In this document: positions 21,445 through 34,217 of the stretch, piece after piece
How the letters are laid out: the number at the start of each line of letters is the position of its first letter
How positions within the stretch are numbered: the first letter of the stretch is position 1
Origin: an uncultured Verrucomicrobiae bacterium
GTDB lineage: Bacteria > Verrucomicrobiota > Verrucomicrobiia > Chthoniobacterales > UBA10450
Assembly (NCBI GenBank): GCA_963815455.1
Contig: CAWFGO010000005.1
Coordinates: forward strand, 242,225-306,224
Reading direction: 5' to 3'
Length of the DNA stretch: 64,000 nt
Made by a program: the position numbers and the translations under genes
Notes under the pieces: generated by a model
Databases searched by the model: none
What the model was told of the DNA's origin: nothing
What the model saw: only the letters and a program-made list of their open reading frames with translations

Positions 21445-23001
21445 ATGATGAGGTTTCTTCGCAAGCATCGCGGGTGGTTGATGTCCGTCATCGCCATCCT
21501 GGTAATTCCGTTCTGTTTGTATTTCGTCAAAACGGACTACGGCGCAATGCGCAAGGATGACTTTGCTCACATCTACGATCGTAACGTGTCGCTCGTCGAG
21601 GCAAAGAAATATGCCCGGCTGCTGGACCTGGCCCGCGCGCTTGGCCTGTCGGATTTGCAACAGTCATTGACCCTTGGCGCAAAGGATCAGAACGAAGTAT
21701 ACGCGGATTTCATTTTGAACCTGTTGATCGTGCGGCACGAAGCCGAGCAACTTGGGATCCGGCCGACTGATGCCGAAGTGATTGATGTCATCCATAACTT
21801 GCCGGCGTTTCACGGTCCATCGGGATTCGACATGAAGAAATATGACGATTTTGTGCAAAATGCGCTTTCGCCAAACGGCTTGAGCGAGGCGCAAGTCGAA
21901 GATGTTGTTCGAGACGATCTTACCTTGAAGCGGCTCAGGCAATTGCTGGCCACCGGCGTTTCGGTTCCGGAATCGGTAAGCAAAGCGAATTTCGACGAGG
22001 CCTACGGCAAGTTGAACGTGAGTGTGATTCGACTGCGCGGGGCCGATGTGGCCAAGGAGATCAAGATCTCCGATAACGATATCCAAAAATATTTCGATGG
22101 GCACAAGGCCGAATATAAGACCGAAGAAAAGCGCAAGGCCGACTTCGTCCAACTGACACTGACCGACGAGCAGAAGAAATTAGCCGGCAAGGAACGGATC
22201 GATGCGTTGCAAAAACTGGCCGATCGGGCAAACGATTTTTCGCAGGCGTTGTTGGAAAAGGGGACGGATTTCAAGCAAGCGGCCGCGAAGTTTCAGGTTC
22301 CCATTCGCTCCACGGGCGAGTTCACCGCGGCCGCACCCGATCCGCAACTAAAGGACGCGCCTCAGGTGGCCGGCATCACCTTTAAATTGACGCAGCAGGA
22401 CCCGAACAGCGATCCGGTCCAGGTGGCGGACGGATTTTATATTGTGCATCTTGCCGGGATCGTTGAATCGCGCCCGCTCACGCTGGAGGAAGCGAAACCG
22501 AAAGTGGTTGAATCGCTGAATCGAGCCCGCAGCAGGGAATTGCTTTCGACCAAGGGGGCCGAGATTGCCCACCAATTGCGCGATGCACTTGCCTCGGGCC
22601 AGTCTCTGGATGCGGCGATCAAGAAAGCAGGCGTAAAGGCCGAAAAAATTCCTCCTTTCACACTGATGGAAGAACCGAAGACGAAACCGGATGAGAAAGA
22701 TGCCAAGAACGAGCCGCCGGATTTTATCGCGATCAAAAACGCCGCGGCGCGGCTGAGTCCGGGCGAGGTGAGCGAATTCATGCCCTGGGAAGATGGCGGC
22801 CTGATTGCGGTGTTGGAAAAGCGCGAGCCGCCGGATTCGGCGACCTATGCGCAGAGTAAGGCCGCATTTGACGAGCGTTACCTCAGTAACAAGCGAGACG
22901 TAGTCTTCTACGAATGGATGCGCGACCGGCAACGCGACGCCGGGTTGATCTCGGCCCAGACCGAGCCCGCGGGCCCGCCGCCTCCGGCTGGAAACTCGTA
23001 G
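21445..23001 (+). CDS. SurA N-terminal domain / PpiD-like periplasmic chaperone
   Basis: MMRFLRKH plus TM anchor, EAEQLGIRPTDAEV, FDMKKYDDF, PLTLEEAKPKV. Confidence 0.8.
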   Translation: MMRFLRKHRGWLMSVIAILVIPFCLYFVKTDYGAMRKDDFAHIYDRNVSLVEAKKYARLLDLARALGLSDLQQSLTLGAKDQNEVYADFILNLLIVRHEAEQLGIRPTDAEVIDVIHNLPAFHGPSGFDMKKYDDFVQNALSPNGLSEAQVEDVVRDDLTLKRLRQLLATGVSVPESVSKANFDEAYGKLNVSVIRLRGADVAKEIKISDNDIQKYFDGHKAEYKTEEKRKADFVQLTLTDEQKKLAGKERIDALQKLADRANDFSQALLEKGTDFKQAAAKFQVPIRSTGEFTAAAPDPQLKDAPQVAGITFKLTQQDPNSDPVQVADGFYIVHLAGIVESRPLTLEEAKPKVVESLNRARSRELLSTKGAEIAHQLRDALASGQSLDAAIKKAGVKAEKIPPFTLMEEPKTKPDEKDAKNEPPDFIAIKNAAARLSPGEVSEFMPWEDGGLIAVLEKREPPDSATYAQSKAAFDERYLSNKRDVVFYEWMRDRQRDAGLISAQTEPAGPPPPAGNS

Positions 23002-23333
23002 TGCAAGAGTGCGACGAGATTTTTGACGACGCCAACGGCGATCTGGCCGTCGGGGATTTGGAAAGCGCGGTTGGAAAATATCGGCGTTGCATCGAGATCG
23101 ATCCCGAGTTCTTCGACGGCTGGCATGCATTGGGGATGGCCTTGATGAAACTCGGCCGTTTCCCGGAGGCGATTGAAGCGGGAAAAAAAGCCACAGAACT
23201 GCGGCCTAACGACCAAATCGGCTGGACGAGCTTATCGTTATTCTACAATCGCAACGGTCAAATCCAGGAAGCCGAAGCCGCCGGGACGAAAGCGAAGATT
23301 CTTTCGTGGGGCGGCAAAGTGGCGAAAGAGTAA
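23001..23333 (+). CDS. Small TPR protein
   Basis: TPR pattern IDPEFFDGWHALGMALMKLGRFPEAIEA; GTG start coupled to upstream stop. Confidence 0.75.
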   Translation: MQECDEIFDDANGDLAVGDLESAVGKYRRCIEIDPEFFDGWHALGMALMKLGRFPEAIEAGKKATELRPNDQIGWTSLSLFYNRNGQIQEAEAAGTKAKILSWGGKVAKE

Positions 23334-23347
23334 GCGCTCGCAATCCA

Positions 23348-23734
23348 GTCATCCCGAGCGAAGCGAGGGACCCCGCAGTCGTTCGAAAACGCACCGGATC
23401 ATACTGGGGATCGAGCGCAGTGGTACTTCCAAACGTTGCGCCACGTGGGTGAGATCCTTCGCTACGCTCAGGATGACAAGATTAGCCAGTGGCAGCCACT
23501 AACTCGGTAGGGCGACGCTCCGCGGAGCCGACAAATTATTCGCCACGCATGATTCGTTCGTCGGCTCCCGCCACGGTCGCCGCGGCGACCAGGACGGGTA
23601 AACTGTAGAGTCTCGCCCTACCGGGTTAGGAAAAACCGCCGCTCGCGTCTCCTGCGAGCGGCGGCTGAAATATTGTAGCCACGGTGCTCTGCCACCGCGC
23701 CAGTTGGACGCCTCGGCAGAGCGAGGCGGCTACA
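23348..23734. repeat. Cluster of three different palindromic REP doublets plus a hairpin between convergent genes
   Basis: GTCATCCCGAGCG...CGCTCAGGATGAC (23348-23477); CGGTAGGGCGA...TCGCCCTACCG (23505-23623); TGTAGCC...GGCTACA (23674-23734, arm recurs at 30856-30883). Confidence 0.8.
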
Positions 23735-23736
23735 TC

Positions 23737-25773
23737 CTACCAGATCGTCACTCGTTTATCCGGCGGACGAACCATTGCGCAATCGTCCGGCAGATCGAAT
23801 GCCTTTTGGAATTCGGGCGTGTTCGAGAGTGGCCCGTTGCATCGATACTTGGTCGGCGAATGCGGATCGGTGACCAGTCGCATCTTGAGCGCTTCATCGC
23901 GAATATTGGCGCGCCAAACCTGGGCCCAGCCGAAGAAGAAGCGTTGCTCGGGGGTGAACCCGTCGATCTTTTCCTGCGGCTTGCCCGCGAGGGCTTTCTT
24001 TAACGCGGCGAAGGCGATTTTCACGCCGCCATCGTCGGCGATGTTTTCCCCCTGGGTCAGCTCGCCGTTGATGTGCATCCCGGGAAGCGGCTCATACTCC
24101 GAGTATTGCTTCACGATCTTGGCGGCGCGTTCCTTGTATTTCTTGGCCGACTCGGGCGTCCACCAATCGCGTAGATTTCCCTGGGCATCGAACTGCCGCC
24201 CCTGATCGTCGAAACCGTGAGTGATTTCGTGCGCGATTACGGCTCCGATTCCGCCGTAATTGATCGCGTCATCAGCATTGGCGTTAAAGAACGGCGGCTG
24301 CAAAATGCCGGCTGGGAATACGATCTCGTTGAGGTTCGGATTGTAATAGGCGTTCACGGTCGGGGGCGTCATGCCCCATTCGGATCGATCAACCGGTTTC
24401 CCGATCTTCTTAAGCTCCCGCTCCACCTCGAACATCGCGGCCCGCATCGAGTTCAGCGCGTACGGTCCCTGGTCGATCTTCAGCGCCGAGTAATCGCGCC
24501 ATTTATCCGGATAACCAATTTTCACGTTGAAAGCCGCGAGTTTCTTCAGCGCTTCCTGCTTGGTCTTGTCGTCCATCCAGGCGCAATTCTTAATCGCGTC
24601 GCCCATCGCTTCGCGCACGTTCTTCACCAGCTCGATCATCCGCGCCTTCGATGCCGGCGGGAAATATTCGGCTACATAAAGCTGGCCGAGCGCTTCACCC
24701 AGCGCGTCATCCGTTGAAGCGACCACGCGTTTCCAGCGCGGTTTCAACTTCTCCGCGCCGGTCAGAATTTTCTGATAGAAATTGAAATTTTCATCGACAA
24801 AATCCTGCGACAGATCCGTCGCCGCGGCATGAATGAGATGCCACCGGAAATAATCTTTCCAGTCGTCAATCGGGGTGCCGGAGAAAACTTTGTCGGCTGC
24901 TTTAAAAAAATCGGGCTGACCGACGTTAATGTCGCCCGGATTAGCCAGGTTCAGTTCCTTGAAATAATCGGCCCATTTGAAATCGGGCGTCAGCTTTTGC
25001 AGCTGGGCCGGTGTCATCTTGTTGTAGTTCTTCTGCGGGTCGCGCCGTTCGACGCGGGTGCGGGATGCCTTGGCCAGCTCCGTTTCCATGGCCAGAATTT
25101 TTTTCGCCGCTTCGCCGGCCTTGTCCGCGGGCATGCCGCCCATCGTGAGCATCTTGGTCACATGTTCGACGTATTGATCCCGGATCTTCTTCGAGGCTTC
25201 GTCGGTCTTGGTGTAGTAATCGCGATCGGGGAGGCCGAGGCCGCCTTGAAACGCCTGCGAAATCACCATCGTGCTGTTCTTGTCGTCCTGGCCGGAGGTG
25301 AATCCGAATAACGAAGTGATGCCGAGAGAATGAAGATGAGCGATCTCGTCCAGCACGCTCTGTCGATCTTTGATCGCCTCGATCCGTTTCATTTCGTCGG
25401 CTAGTGGCGTCGCTTTGGCCGCGTCGATGGCGGCTTCGTCCATGCCGCTGGCGTAATAGTTAGCGACCTTCTGTGTATCGACCGGGACGTTTTCACCCGT
25501 GGCAGCCTTGGCCGCCTTCTCGGCCACTTCGTGCAACGCGTCGTTATTCTTTTCAATCAGTTCGTTGAAACTGCCCCAGCGCGACTGGTCCGGTGGGATT
25601 GGGTTGGCCTTTAGCCAGCCGCCATTGGCGTAGGTATAGAAATCGTCGGAAGGCTTAACCGACGTGTCGAAATTGCCGGGATCGAGCGGGGCCGGCTGTT
25701 TCGGCTCGCCTTGAGCCAGCAAATTGAAGCTGCAAACCAGAACGAAGATCGAGGATAGGATGGATTTAATCAT
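23737..25773 (-). CDS. M13 family metallopeptidase (neprilysin/PepO-like)
   Basis: DDFYTYANGGW, VNAYY, HEITHGFD, GENIAD; signal peptide MIKSILSS. Confidence 0.95.
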   Translation of the reverse strand: MIKSILSSIFVLVCSFNLLAQGEPKQPAPLDPGNFDTSVKPSDDFYTYANGGWLKANPIPPDQSRWGSFNELIEKNNDALHEVAEKAAKAATGENVPVDTQKVANYYASGMDEAAIDAAKATPLADEMKRIEAIKDRQSVLDEIAHLHSLGITSLFGFTSGQDDKNSTMVISQAFQGGLGLPDRDYYTKTDEASKKIRDQYVEHVTKMLTMGGMPADKAGEAAKKILAMETELAKASRTRVERRDPQKNYNKMTPAQLQKLTPDFKWADYFKELNLANPGDINVGQPDFFKAADKVFSGTPIDDWKDYFRWHLIHAAATDLSQDFVDENFNFYQKILTGAEKLKPRWKRVVASTDDALGEALGQLYVAEYFPPASKARMIELVKNVREAMGDAIKNCAWMDDKTKQEALKKLAAFNVKIGYPDKWRDYSALKIDQGPYALNSMRAAMFEVERELKKIGKPVDRSEWGMTPPTVNAYYNPNLNEIVFPAGILQPPFFNANADDAINYGGIGAVIAHEITHGFDDQGRQFDAQGNLRDWWTPESAKKYKERAAKIVKQYSEYEPLPGMHINGELTQGENIADDGGVKIAFAALKKALAGKPQEKIDGFTPEQRFFFGWAQVWRANIRDEALKMRLVTDPHSPTKYRCNGPLSNTPEFQKAFDLPDDCAMVRPPDKRVTIW

Positions 25774-26065
25774 ATGAGGTTGAAGAATCGGCGTTCGATC
25801 CGGAAACGAGACGAAACCAGCGAACGCCAGGCTGTGGGTTGAATACAATAACTATTGCAAGGGTCGTGCCATTGGCAATGTGTTCGCAAAATACGTTGGC
25901 CGGCAAGGTCTTATAAAGTCCGATGCGAATTACACGCGTCCGTGGCGACTCGATTCCGGGATTTTTCCGTCCCAAAATCGCAACTCGTCCCGAGCCGGGC
26001 GGGCTGTTGTAGCTGCGGGCGACGACCGCGGCCTGTTGCATCCGGTCGATTACGCTGATCGCACT

Positions 26066-26938
26066 CTACAGCTGCTCGATCTTGTGACCGCGTTTCTGCA
26101 ACAGCGCAATCACGCTGTTCGGCCCGCAGAAGTGCAACGCGCCCGCGACTACAAGAGTCGGTTGGCCCGACTTAATCGCGGTTTCGATTTTCGGAATCCA
26201 GGCCGCGTTGCGTTTCTCGATCCAGTTCCAATACCCGGCAGGCTCGTTCTTTCGCGGCACATAAAGTTGATACATCCGCTGCGTGTCGCCCGCTTTCCAC
26301 GCTTCAATCGTCTGAACCATGAGTCGCGGTGAACGCTCGCCATAGGCAATTGATTGGAGGAGAAACGATTCACTGTCGGCATCGGTCATTGCCGAGACCG
26401 CGCGAATCAGCTCGTCGGCCGATTCCAACCCGGCGAACCGGGCTCGGCCGCTGGCTTTTTGGTAAACGTAACGATCAACACTCAAGCGTGAGCTGAAGCC
26501 TCTTATGCCGGGAACCTCGAGCATGAAATACGCGATCGCCCACGGCTTCACGTTGTAGTAATCGCTCTCGCGCGTGTTGAGGTATTTCTTAATGTTGGCA
26601 TAGGTTTCGGGTTTGACCTTCTGCTGAAGCCTCACACCATTGGGAAAATGGATCGCGTCACGCAGCTTCTTCGCTTTCTCGGAGTCGTCCGGTTCCACGT
26701 CTGCTTCCAAAAAGATGCGCGTTGATTCGCGGATCACCCGGTCGATCTGCGGCCCCAGCGGATAATCGGAGCCGCGCAGAGCATGCATCGACCCGAGCAA
26801 ATAAAACGGCGCCGGGGCGTCCGTTACGCGCCAGAGACAATGCTTTCCGGTGGATGAACCTTGCGCGGCAGAGCGACCGCTTGCCAGGGCGCAGACCGCG
26901 CCGATCGTGAGCCCGACCAAGAAAACGCGTTTTTGCAT
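26066..26938 (-). CDS. TraB/GumN (Tiki-like) family protein
   Basis: LWRV...YLLGSMH, GLES, RNAAW, VVAGALHFCG. Confidence 0.88.
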   Translation of the reverse strand: MQKRVFLVGLTIGAVCALASGRSAAQGSSTGKHCLWRVTDAPAPFYLLGSMHALRGSDYPLGPQIDRVIRESTRIFLEADVEPDDSEKAKKLRDAIHFPNGVRLQQKVKPETYANIKKYLNTRESDYYNVKPWAIAYFMLEVPGIRGFSSRLSVDRYVYQKASGRARFAGLESADELIRAVSAMTDADSESFLLQSIAYGERSPRLMVQTIEAWKAGDTQRMYQLYVPRKNEPAGYWNWIEKRNAAWIPKIETAIKSGQPTLVVAGALHFCGPNSVIALLQKRGHKIEQL

Positions 26939-27022
26939 TCCTGCTAAGCAAAGACGAATCGCCCAATCAAGCAATGACAAAAGATTGCCTGCGATCTGCG
27001 GAGCAATGGAACTAATTTCCAG

Positions 27023-27799
27023 TCACTTATCCCAACGCCAGCCGCCTGGTATAAACACGAAATTTCGATGCGTCGTGGAATCGACCGGCTGCCCGTTTCT
27101 GAACGCTGGAAGAAACGTCATCTGGCGCATGCTTGCCAAGGCACTTTCGCCGAAATGACCTCCCGGAGGGTGCTCGGACGCCACCCGAAGGTCTTTTACG
27201 TTGCCCGAGGCATCTACAGTAAGGAGGAGTTCCACAGTTGCGGGGCGGTCATCGCTCCATTGCGATCGGCCCGGATAGGGGACGTAGTCGTAGTGATGTC
27301 CGGGTATGACGATGGACTGTGGGGAAATGAAATCACTTTCCCGCGCGATTTCAGATTTTTCCTGATTGGCGAATATTCTGAGACGCGATTTTCCATTGAT
27401 ATTAGCAAAGACGACCGTGCCATACATTACAGCGTAGGTTTTTCGATGATTGTACACGGCCGGAATGAAGCGCGCCCGATCCAAACAACGAATGACTTCC
27501 TTTCGCAGTTCTTCCGAGTTTGGAGTACCGCCGTATGCGTGAAAGCCGGGGGACTGTCCGTTAGGCATAACATGACAAAAAAACCAAACAGCCCCAGAGC
27601 CTTGGCCTTTTCGAATTAACGCCGCGCAATCAATAAGGTTGATCAATGCCTTGGGGCCCGATCCGATCAATGCAGGTCGCATCGCGGGCAAATCATTTCC
27701 CTTAATCGAGCCAGCCAGAAATCCGCCGGCAATTGGCAGCGAAACAAGAACGAATCCGCGTGCCCAGCCGGTTACAAAACGGGGAGTCGAGAAGCGCAT
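27023..27799 (-). CDS. TonB C-terminal-domain protein
   Basis: LTVDASGNVKDLRVASEHP...FGESA...FLPAFRNGQPV. Confidence 0.7.
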   Translation of the reverse strand: MRFSTPRFVTGWARGFVLVSLPIAGGFLAGSIKGNDLPAMRPALIGSGPKALINLIDCAALIRKGQGSGAVWFFCHVMPNGQSPGFHAYGGTPNSEELRKEVIRCLDRARFIPAVYNHRKTYAVMYGTVVFANINGKSRLRIFANQEKSEIARESDFISPQSIVIPGHHYDYVPYPGRSQWSDDRPATVELLLTVDASGNVKDLRVASEHPPGGHFGESALASMRQMTFLPAFRNGQPVDSTTHRNFVFIPGGWRWDK

Positions 27800-27925
27800 T
27801 GTTAGTTCGTTTTTTATCCCGGCTGCGTAACCGGTCAAGATCTAGATGTTCAATTAACCGTGAGCCGCTTGCGCAGTCGCGCCTCAGGTCTAGGTTGTGC
27901 AAACCACAACTGGAAAGGTACAGCT

Positions 27926-28363
27926 ATGAAAAAAACAATGACTTGTGTAATAGCCCTCCTGTTTGCGACCGCTGCGATCTCTTTTGCCGCGCCGGATAAA
28001 AAGGAGATCATGGAAAAAGAAAACGCAGCCTGGCAGGCATTCAAAGATAAGAACGCCGAGGCCTTTAAGAAGGTGGTCGATAAGGATGTACGCGTTGTCT
28101 ATGCTGACGGCGTGTCCGATATGGCGAAAGAAGTGGCCGAAATGCAAAAATGGGACGTCAAATCGTTTACGATCAGCGATTTCGACACCTTCTCCGACGA
28201 AAAGGATGTCGTGGTCGCAACCTACATGGTGAAGACCGAGGCGACTCACGAGGGCAAGGACATGTCTGGCACCTATGTGGCCGGAACGGTCTGGAAACTG
28301 GAAAACGGCGCGTGGATGGCGATTTTCCACACCCACATGAAACAGGAACCTGCGGCGAAGTAG
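27926..28363 (+). CDS. Exported NTF2-like/DUF4440 protein
   Basis: Signal peptide; ENAAWQAF...VWKLENGAWMAIFH. Confidence 0.75.
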   Translation: MKKTMTCVIALLFATAAISFAAPDKKEIMEKENAAWQAFKDKNAEAFKKVVDKDVRVVYADGVSDMAKEVAEMQKWDVKSFTISDFDTFSDEKDVVVATYMVKTEATHEGKDMSGTYVAGTVWKLENGAWMAIFHTHMKQEPAAK

Positions 28364-28609
28364 TAGCTAGGAGTTGGAAGATAGAAGTTGGTTGTAGCCG
28401 CCCTTCCTCTTCCTCTGAATCTGTAGCGGCGGTCTCTGACCGTCGGATCTCTGCTCGATGTTAAATTGAGCGGCGAAGCCGCAGTTATTCGGCATCGCCC
28501 GGCGGAGCGGCCGATCCACCTTCGTCACTCGCCTGCCACGCCGTAATCCGGTGAAGGCGGGCGAACCGTACTTTTTCCTTTTTACTTCCTAATTTTGACT
28601 TAGCTTTGC

Positions 28610-30852
<2,243 letters not shown>

Positions 30853-30975
30853 TGCTGTAGCCGCCTCGCTGTGTCGAGGCGTCCCATTGTTTGGGGAGCA
30901 CAGGCTGCCAGCCTGTTGGTTTTGGCGGCTCCTTGGCTCGCCGCAGCCTTGACGAAGGCGGCGCCGGAACAATCT

Positions 30976-31446
30976 TCATCTCAGATTATACAAATAGAGG
31001 AGCGCGGCCCAACCGCTCGGCATTACATTCGGCGGATATTCCAACTCTCGTCCATGTTTCACTGCCATTTCAAGAAAGTAGCGAGCGTGAAAAAACGCTT
31101 CGAGAATCGGTCGTGTGACGCCGAGCCAACTTTCATTGTCTGCCATCGCGAAAGTCTTGCCGGTTCCTTCCGCAACGATCTCCACGAACCATTCGTTCAA
31201 TTCTCTCTCCGGCGAGAGCGCCCGAAGTTTCTCAACGATTGCCAGGGTACTGTTTTGCAGCAGATAAACTTTGAAACTTTGATGATAGAATCGGTAGATC
31301 GGGTCTTCGTATCCCCAGTGGCTCGTGCATTCTTCGAGACGTTTTTCTAATTCCGGCAGCGCTGACTTGAGCCTTTTGAAGAGGCTCACCACTTCGGGGC
31401 GGTCGTCCAAGTCGGTCGGATTCAGAGGGGGCAATTTGCTCATCAC
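30976..31446 (-). CDS. Hypothetical protein
   Basis: 156-aa ORF with protein-like composition (YEDPIYRFYHQSFKVY...GWAALLYLYNLR). Confidence 0.65.
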   Translation of the reverse strand: MMSKLPPLNPTDLDDRPEVVSLFKRLKSALPELEKRLEECTSHWGYEDPIYRFYHQSFKVYLLQNSTLAIVEKLRALSPERELNEWFVEIVAEGTGKTFAMADNESWLGVTRPILEAFFHARYFLEMAVKHGRELEYPPNVMPSGWAALLYLYNLR

Positions 31447-31497
31447 GAGATTCTATTGGCGTTGGCCATTTTCGCGAATCGCGTTCAATTTCAATCG

Positions 31498-32090
31498 ATG
31501 CCGTCCCCCACAATTTACGTCATCGCCGGCTGCAACTCCGAAAGAGTTCGCGAGCACGCGGCGCGGGCAAAACCACGTTCGCCAAAGAATTTCTACCGAG
31601 CATTGGCGTCATCCGTTTCTTGAACGCGGACGAGATCGCGCGCGGATTGTCTCCACTCAAACCGGACGCCGTCGCATTCAAGCCCGGAAAACTTCTTCTA
31701 AGCGAGCTGGGCGAATTGTTAGATCGACAAGAAACATTCGCGCTTGAATCGACACTGAGCGGAAAAACGCACGTGAGAATCTTCGAACAAGCGAAGTAGC
31801 GTGGCTATCGGATCGAGCTGCATTTCGTTTGGATTCCCGATGTGCGCGAGGCGATTCGTCGTGTCCGCCAAAGAGTCATCGAAGGCGGCCACGATGTTCC
31901 AGCCGACGACATCCGGCGCCGATTCCGGCGAAGTATTCAACATCTGTTGGACGAATATGCACCGTTAGCGAACAAGTGGTTTCTCTGGGATAACTCGACG
32001 CCGCCGGCAAAGTTATTGGCGGAATCCGCCACTCACAGTATTGTTGATCTGCGAACCTTCTTTTCCTTCCATGAAAAAGAATCTGTATAA
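31498..32090 (+). pseudogene. Zeta-toxin-like/AAA ATPase pseudogene
   Basis: MPSPTIYVIAGCN[23-bp insert]GAGKTTFA...FLNADEIA...FALESTLSG; in-frame TAG near 31797; RVRQRVIEGGHDVP. Confidence 0.85.
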
Positions 32091-32250
32091 CGGCTTAAAG
32101 CCAATTCCGGAGAGCAACATGTCGCCAGAAGCGCGCGTCGCATCACAAGCGCACAAGCGCGCCACAAAAAAGAAACGCGCCGAGCTTCGTCGCCGCGGTT
32201 TGCCAATGATCATCTGGAAAGACGGCAAAGTTCGCGAAGTTCCGGCGTGA
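32071..32250 (+). CDS. Small basic protein, partner of zeta-like ATPase
   Basis: C-terminal GLPMIIWKDGKV; overlaps the 3' end of the ATPase gene. Confidence 0.6.
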   Translation: MKKNLYNGLKPIPESNMSPEARVASQAHKRATKKKRAELRRRGLPMIIWKDGKVREVPA

Positions 32251-32317
32251 AACGCTTTCCCGAATCGGGTTGGAGTTTACTCGCCGGGGCGAGCAATCTG
32301 GATTCGTCGCTTAAGTC

Positions 32318-32836
32318 ATGATCAAATTTCTCTTCGGCATTCTTATTGGGATCGCGCTTGTCCTGGCGGCTGGGTATTTTTTCGTTGCTCGCGGTGGACT
32401 CTTCATGGGGACGAAAGGCGGCCCGTTGCCGATGGAACGATTTGTTGTGAGCAAGGCGATTGGCGCGTCGATCGGCAAGAGCGCGCAGGATGAATCGCCC
32501 CTTCCCGCGGACGAAACCAATCTTCTCGCCGGCGCTCATATTTACATGCAGAACTGCGCCGGTTGTCACGGCAAACTGGATCAACCCGCTTCGCCAATGG
32601 CGAAAAAGTGGTACCCGCATGTCCCACAACTGCTTCCACCGGGCAAAGGCGTGACCGACGATCCCGTCGGCACGACGCACTGGGTGGTGACGAACGGGAT
32701 TCGGTTCAGCGCCATGCCGTCGTTTGAAGGAACACTAACCGATAACGAACTCTGGCAAGTGAGCCAGTTCCTAAAAAACGCTGACAAATTACCTCCGCCC
32801 GTCCAGGAAGCTCTTCGCCAGCCGCCCGGGCCGTAA
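32318..32836 (+). CDS. Membrane-anchored c-type cytochrome
   Basis: CAGCH heme motif, GIRFSAMP axial Met region. Confidence 0.9.
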   Translation: MIKFLFGILIGIALVLAAGYFFVARGGLFMGTKGGPLPMERFVVSKAIGASIGKSAQDESPLPADETNLLAGAHIYMQNCAGCHGKLDQPASPMAKKWYPHVPQLLPPGKGVTDDPVGTTHWVVTNGIRFSAMPSFEGTLTDNELWQVSQFLKNADKLPPPVQEALRQPPGP

Positions 32837-33080
32837 ACCTTCGCGCAATTCGTAAGATCTTTCAGCACAGAGATCACATAGGCCACGGCGAGGGATGGTC
32901 TGATGTCGGCCGCAATCCCTTTCCGTCTTTCACCACAGAGATCACGGAGACCGCAGAGAGAAGGTGGAAACGCCTCCCGCTAAAAAATGTTCGTAAACCT
33001 GCCGGGTGACTTGCTAGACTCGCGGCGATGAGAGCGAATATCAATAACATGGATGCGACCCAATTCTGTCGCGCTTCATT

Positions 33081-33806
33081 ATGAAAAAGAGAGTTTTCAC
33101 GAGGTTGATCATTGTTCTGGTTGTGGTCGCGGGGATCGACGTGCGAGGCGGCTTGCCGATCGAGGTTGAATACGGTAGAGGCCGTAACCGGGTCGCGATA
33201 AAACTTTGGAGTGACGCGGAAACGGCGTTGAACAATGGCGATGTCGCGACCGCGCATCGAAACGTGGACGCGGCTATTCGGAGCGACCCGGGACTTTATC
33301 CGGCCTTTTACACTCGGGCGAAGGTGTTGATCAGGGAAGGCAAATACGAACAGGCCATTCGAGATTGTGGCGAAGCGCTGCGACAGGATCGCACCTTTGT
33401 CGAAGCGGCATTATTGCGTGCCAGCACGAATACCAGGCTCGGAAGGTACGATGCTGGTCTCAAGGAAATTAACCACGTGATTAATATCCATCCTCGGGTC
33501 GACGGTCTGGCCCGGGGATATGAGGATCGGGCGTGGCTTCGCGCGACCTGTGCGAACCCGTCATTTCGAAATGGGCAGCAGGCGGTTAAGGACGCAATGA
33601 CGGCGTGCAAGCTGATGCAGTGGAAGGACGAGAACGCCGTCGACACGCTCGCGGCGGCCTACGCCGAAGCCGGCGATTTCGATTCCGCCATCCGCTACGA
33701 AGAGAAGGCGTTAGGCATGAAAGGCGTTCTTCCCGAGGACGCCAAGACGTTTCAGCAGCACCTCCAATTGTTCAAGAAGCATCAGCCCATTCGAATGTCC
33801 AGGTAG
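33081..33806 (+). CDS. Exported TPR protein
   Basis: TPR repeats; AWLRATC...RNGQQAV...DTLAAAYAEAGDF. Confidence 0.85.
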   Translation: MKKRVFTRLIIVLVVVAGIDVRGGLPIEVEYGRGRNRVAIKLWSDAETALNNGDVATAHRNVDAAIRSDPGLYPAFYTRAKVLIREGKYEQAIRDCGEALRQDRTFVEAALLRASTNTRLGRYDAGLKEINHVINIHPRVDGLARGYEDRAWLRATCANPSFRNGQQAVKDAMTACKLMQWKDENAVDTLAAAYAEAGDFDSAIRYEEKALGMKGVLPEDAKTFQQHLQLFKKHQPIRMSR

Positions 33807-34217
33807 GTTTGAATCAGGAACACAGGAAAGGAGGAAGGAATTCGTGACGAAGAGCGTCGAAGTTTACGCAATTGCCTAATGTCTAGGGCGCGCAGGCTGC
33901 CCGCCTGTAAAGCCGGTCCGGCTCGGACTTTCGGCTGCTAGCCCAAACGAACTTTAATTGGGATTGGACCCACGAAACACACCAATCAACGCGAAATCAT
34001 ATTGGATTGGTGTAGAGGCGGCTGCCTGCCACGCCATGGCCCCGCTGAGCGGGGCGACGGCGGGTGTCAGCCGCAATCCCCTGTTAGCACAATCGTCCTA
34101 TCGAAAAGAGCTGTTATAAGATCGGCATCGTAACCAGACAGGATTCACAGGATTGCCAGGATTGAGAAATACCGAACAGAGGGTCTGGTAGAAATCGGGC
34201 AAATCCTGTCTAGAAGA

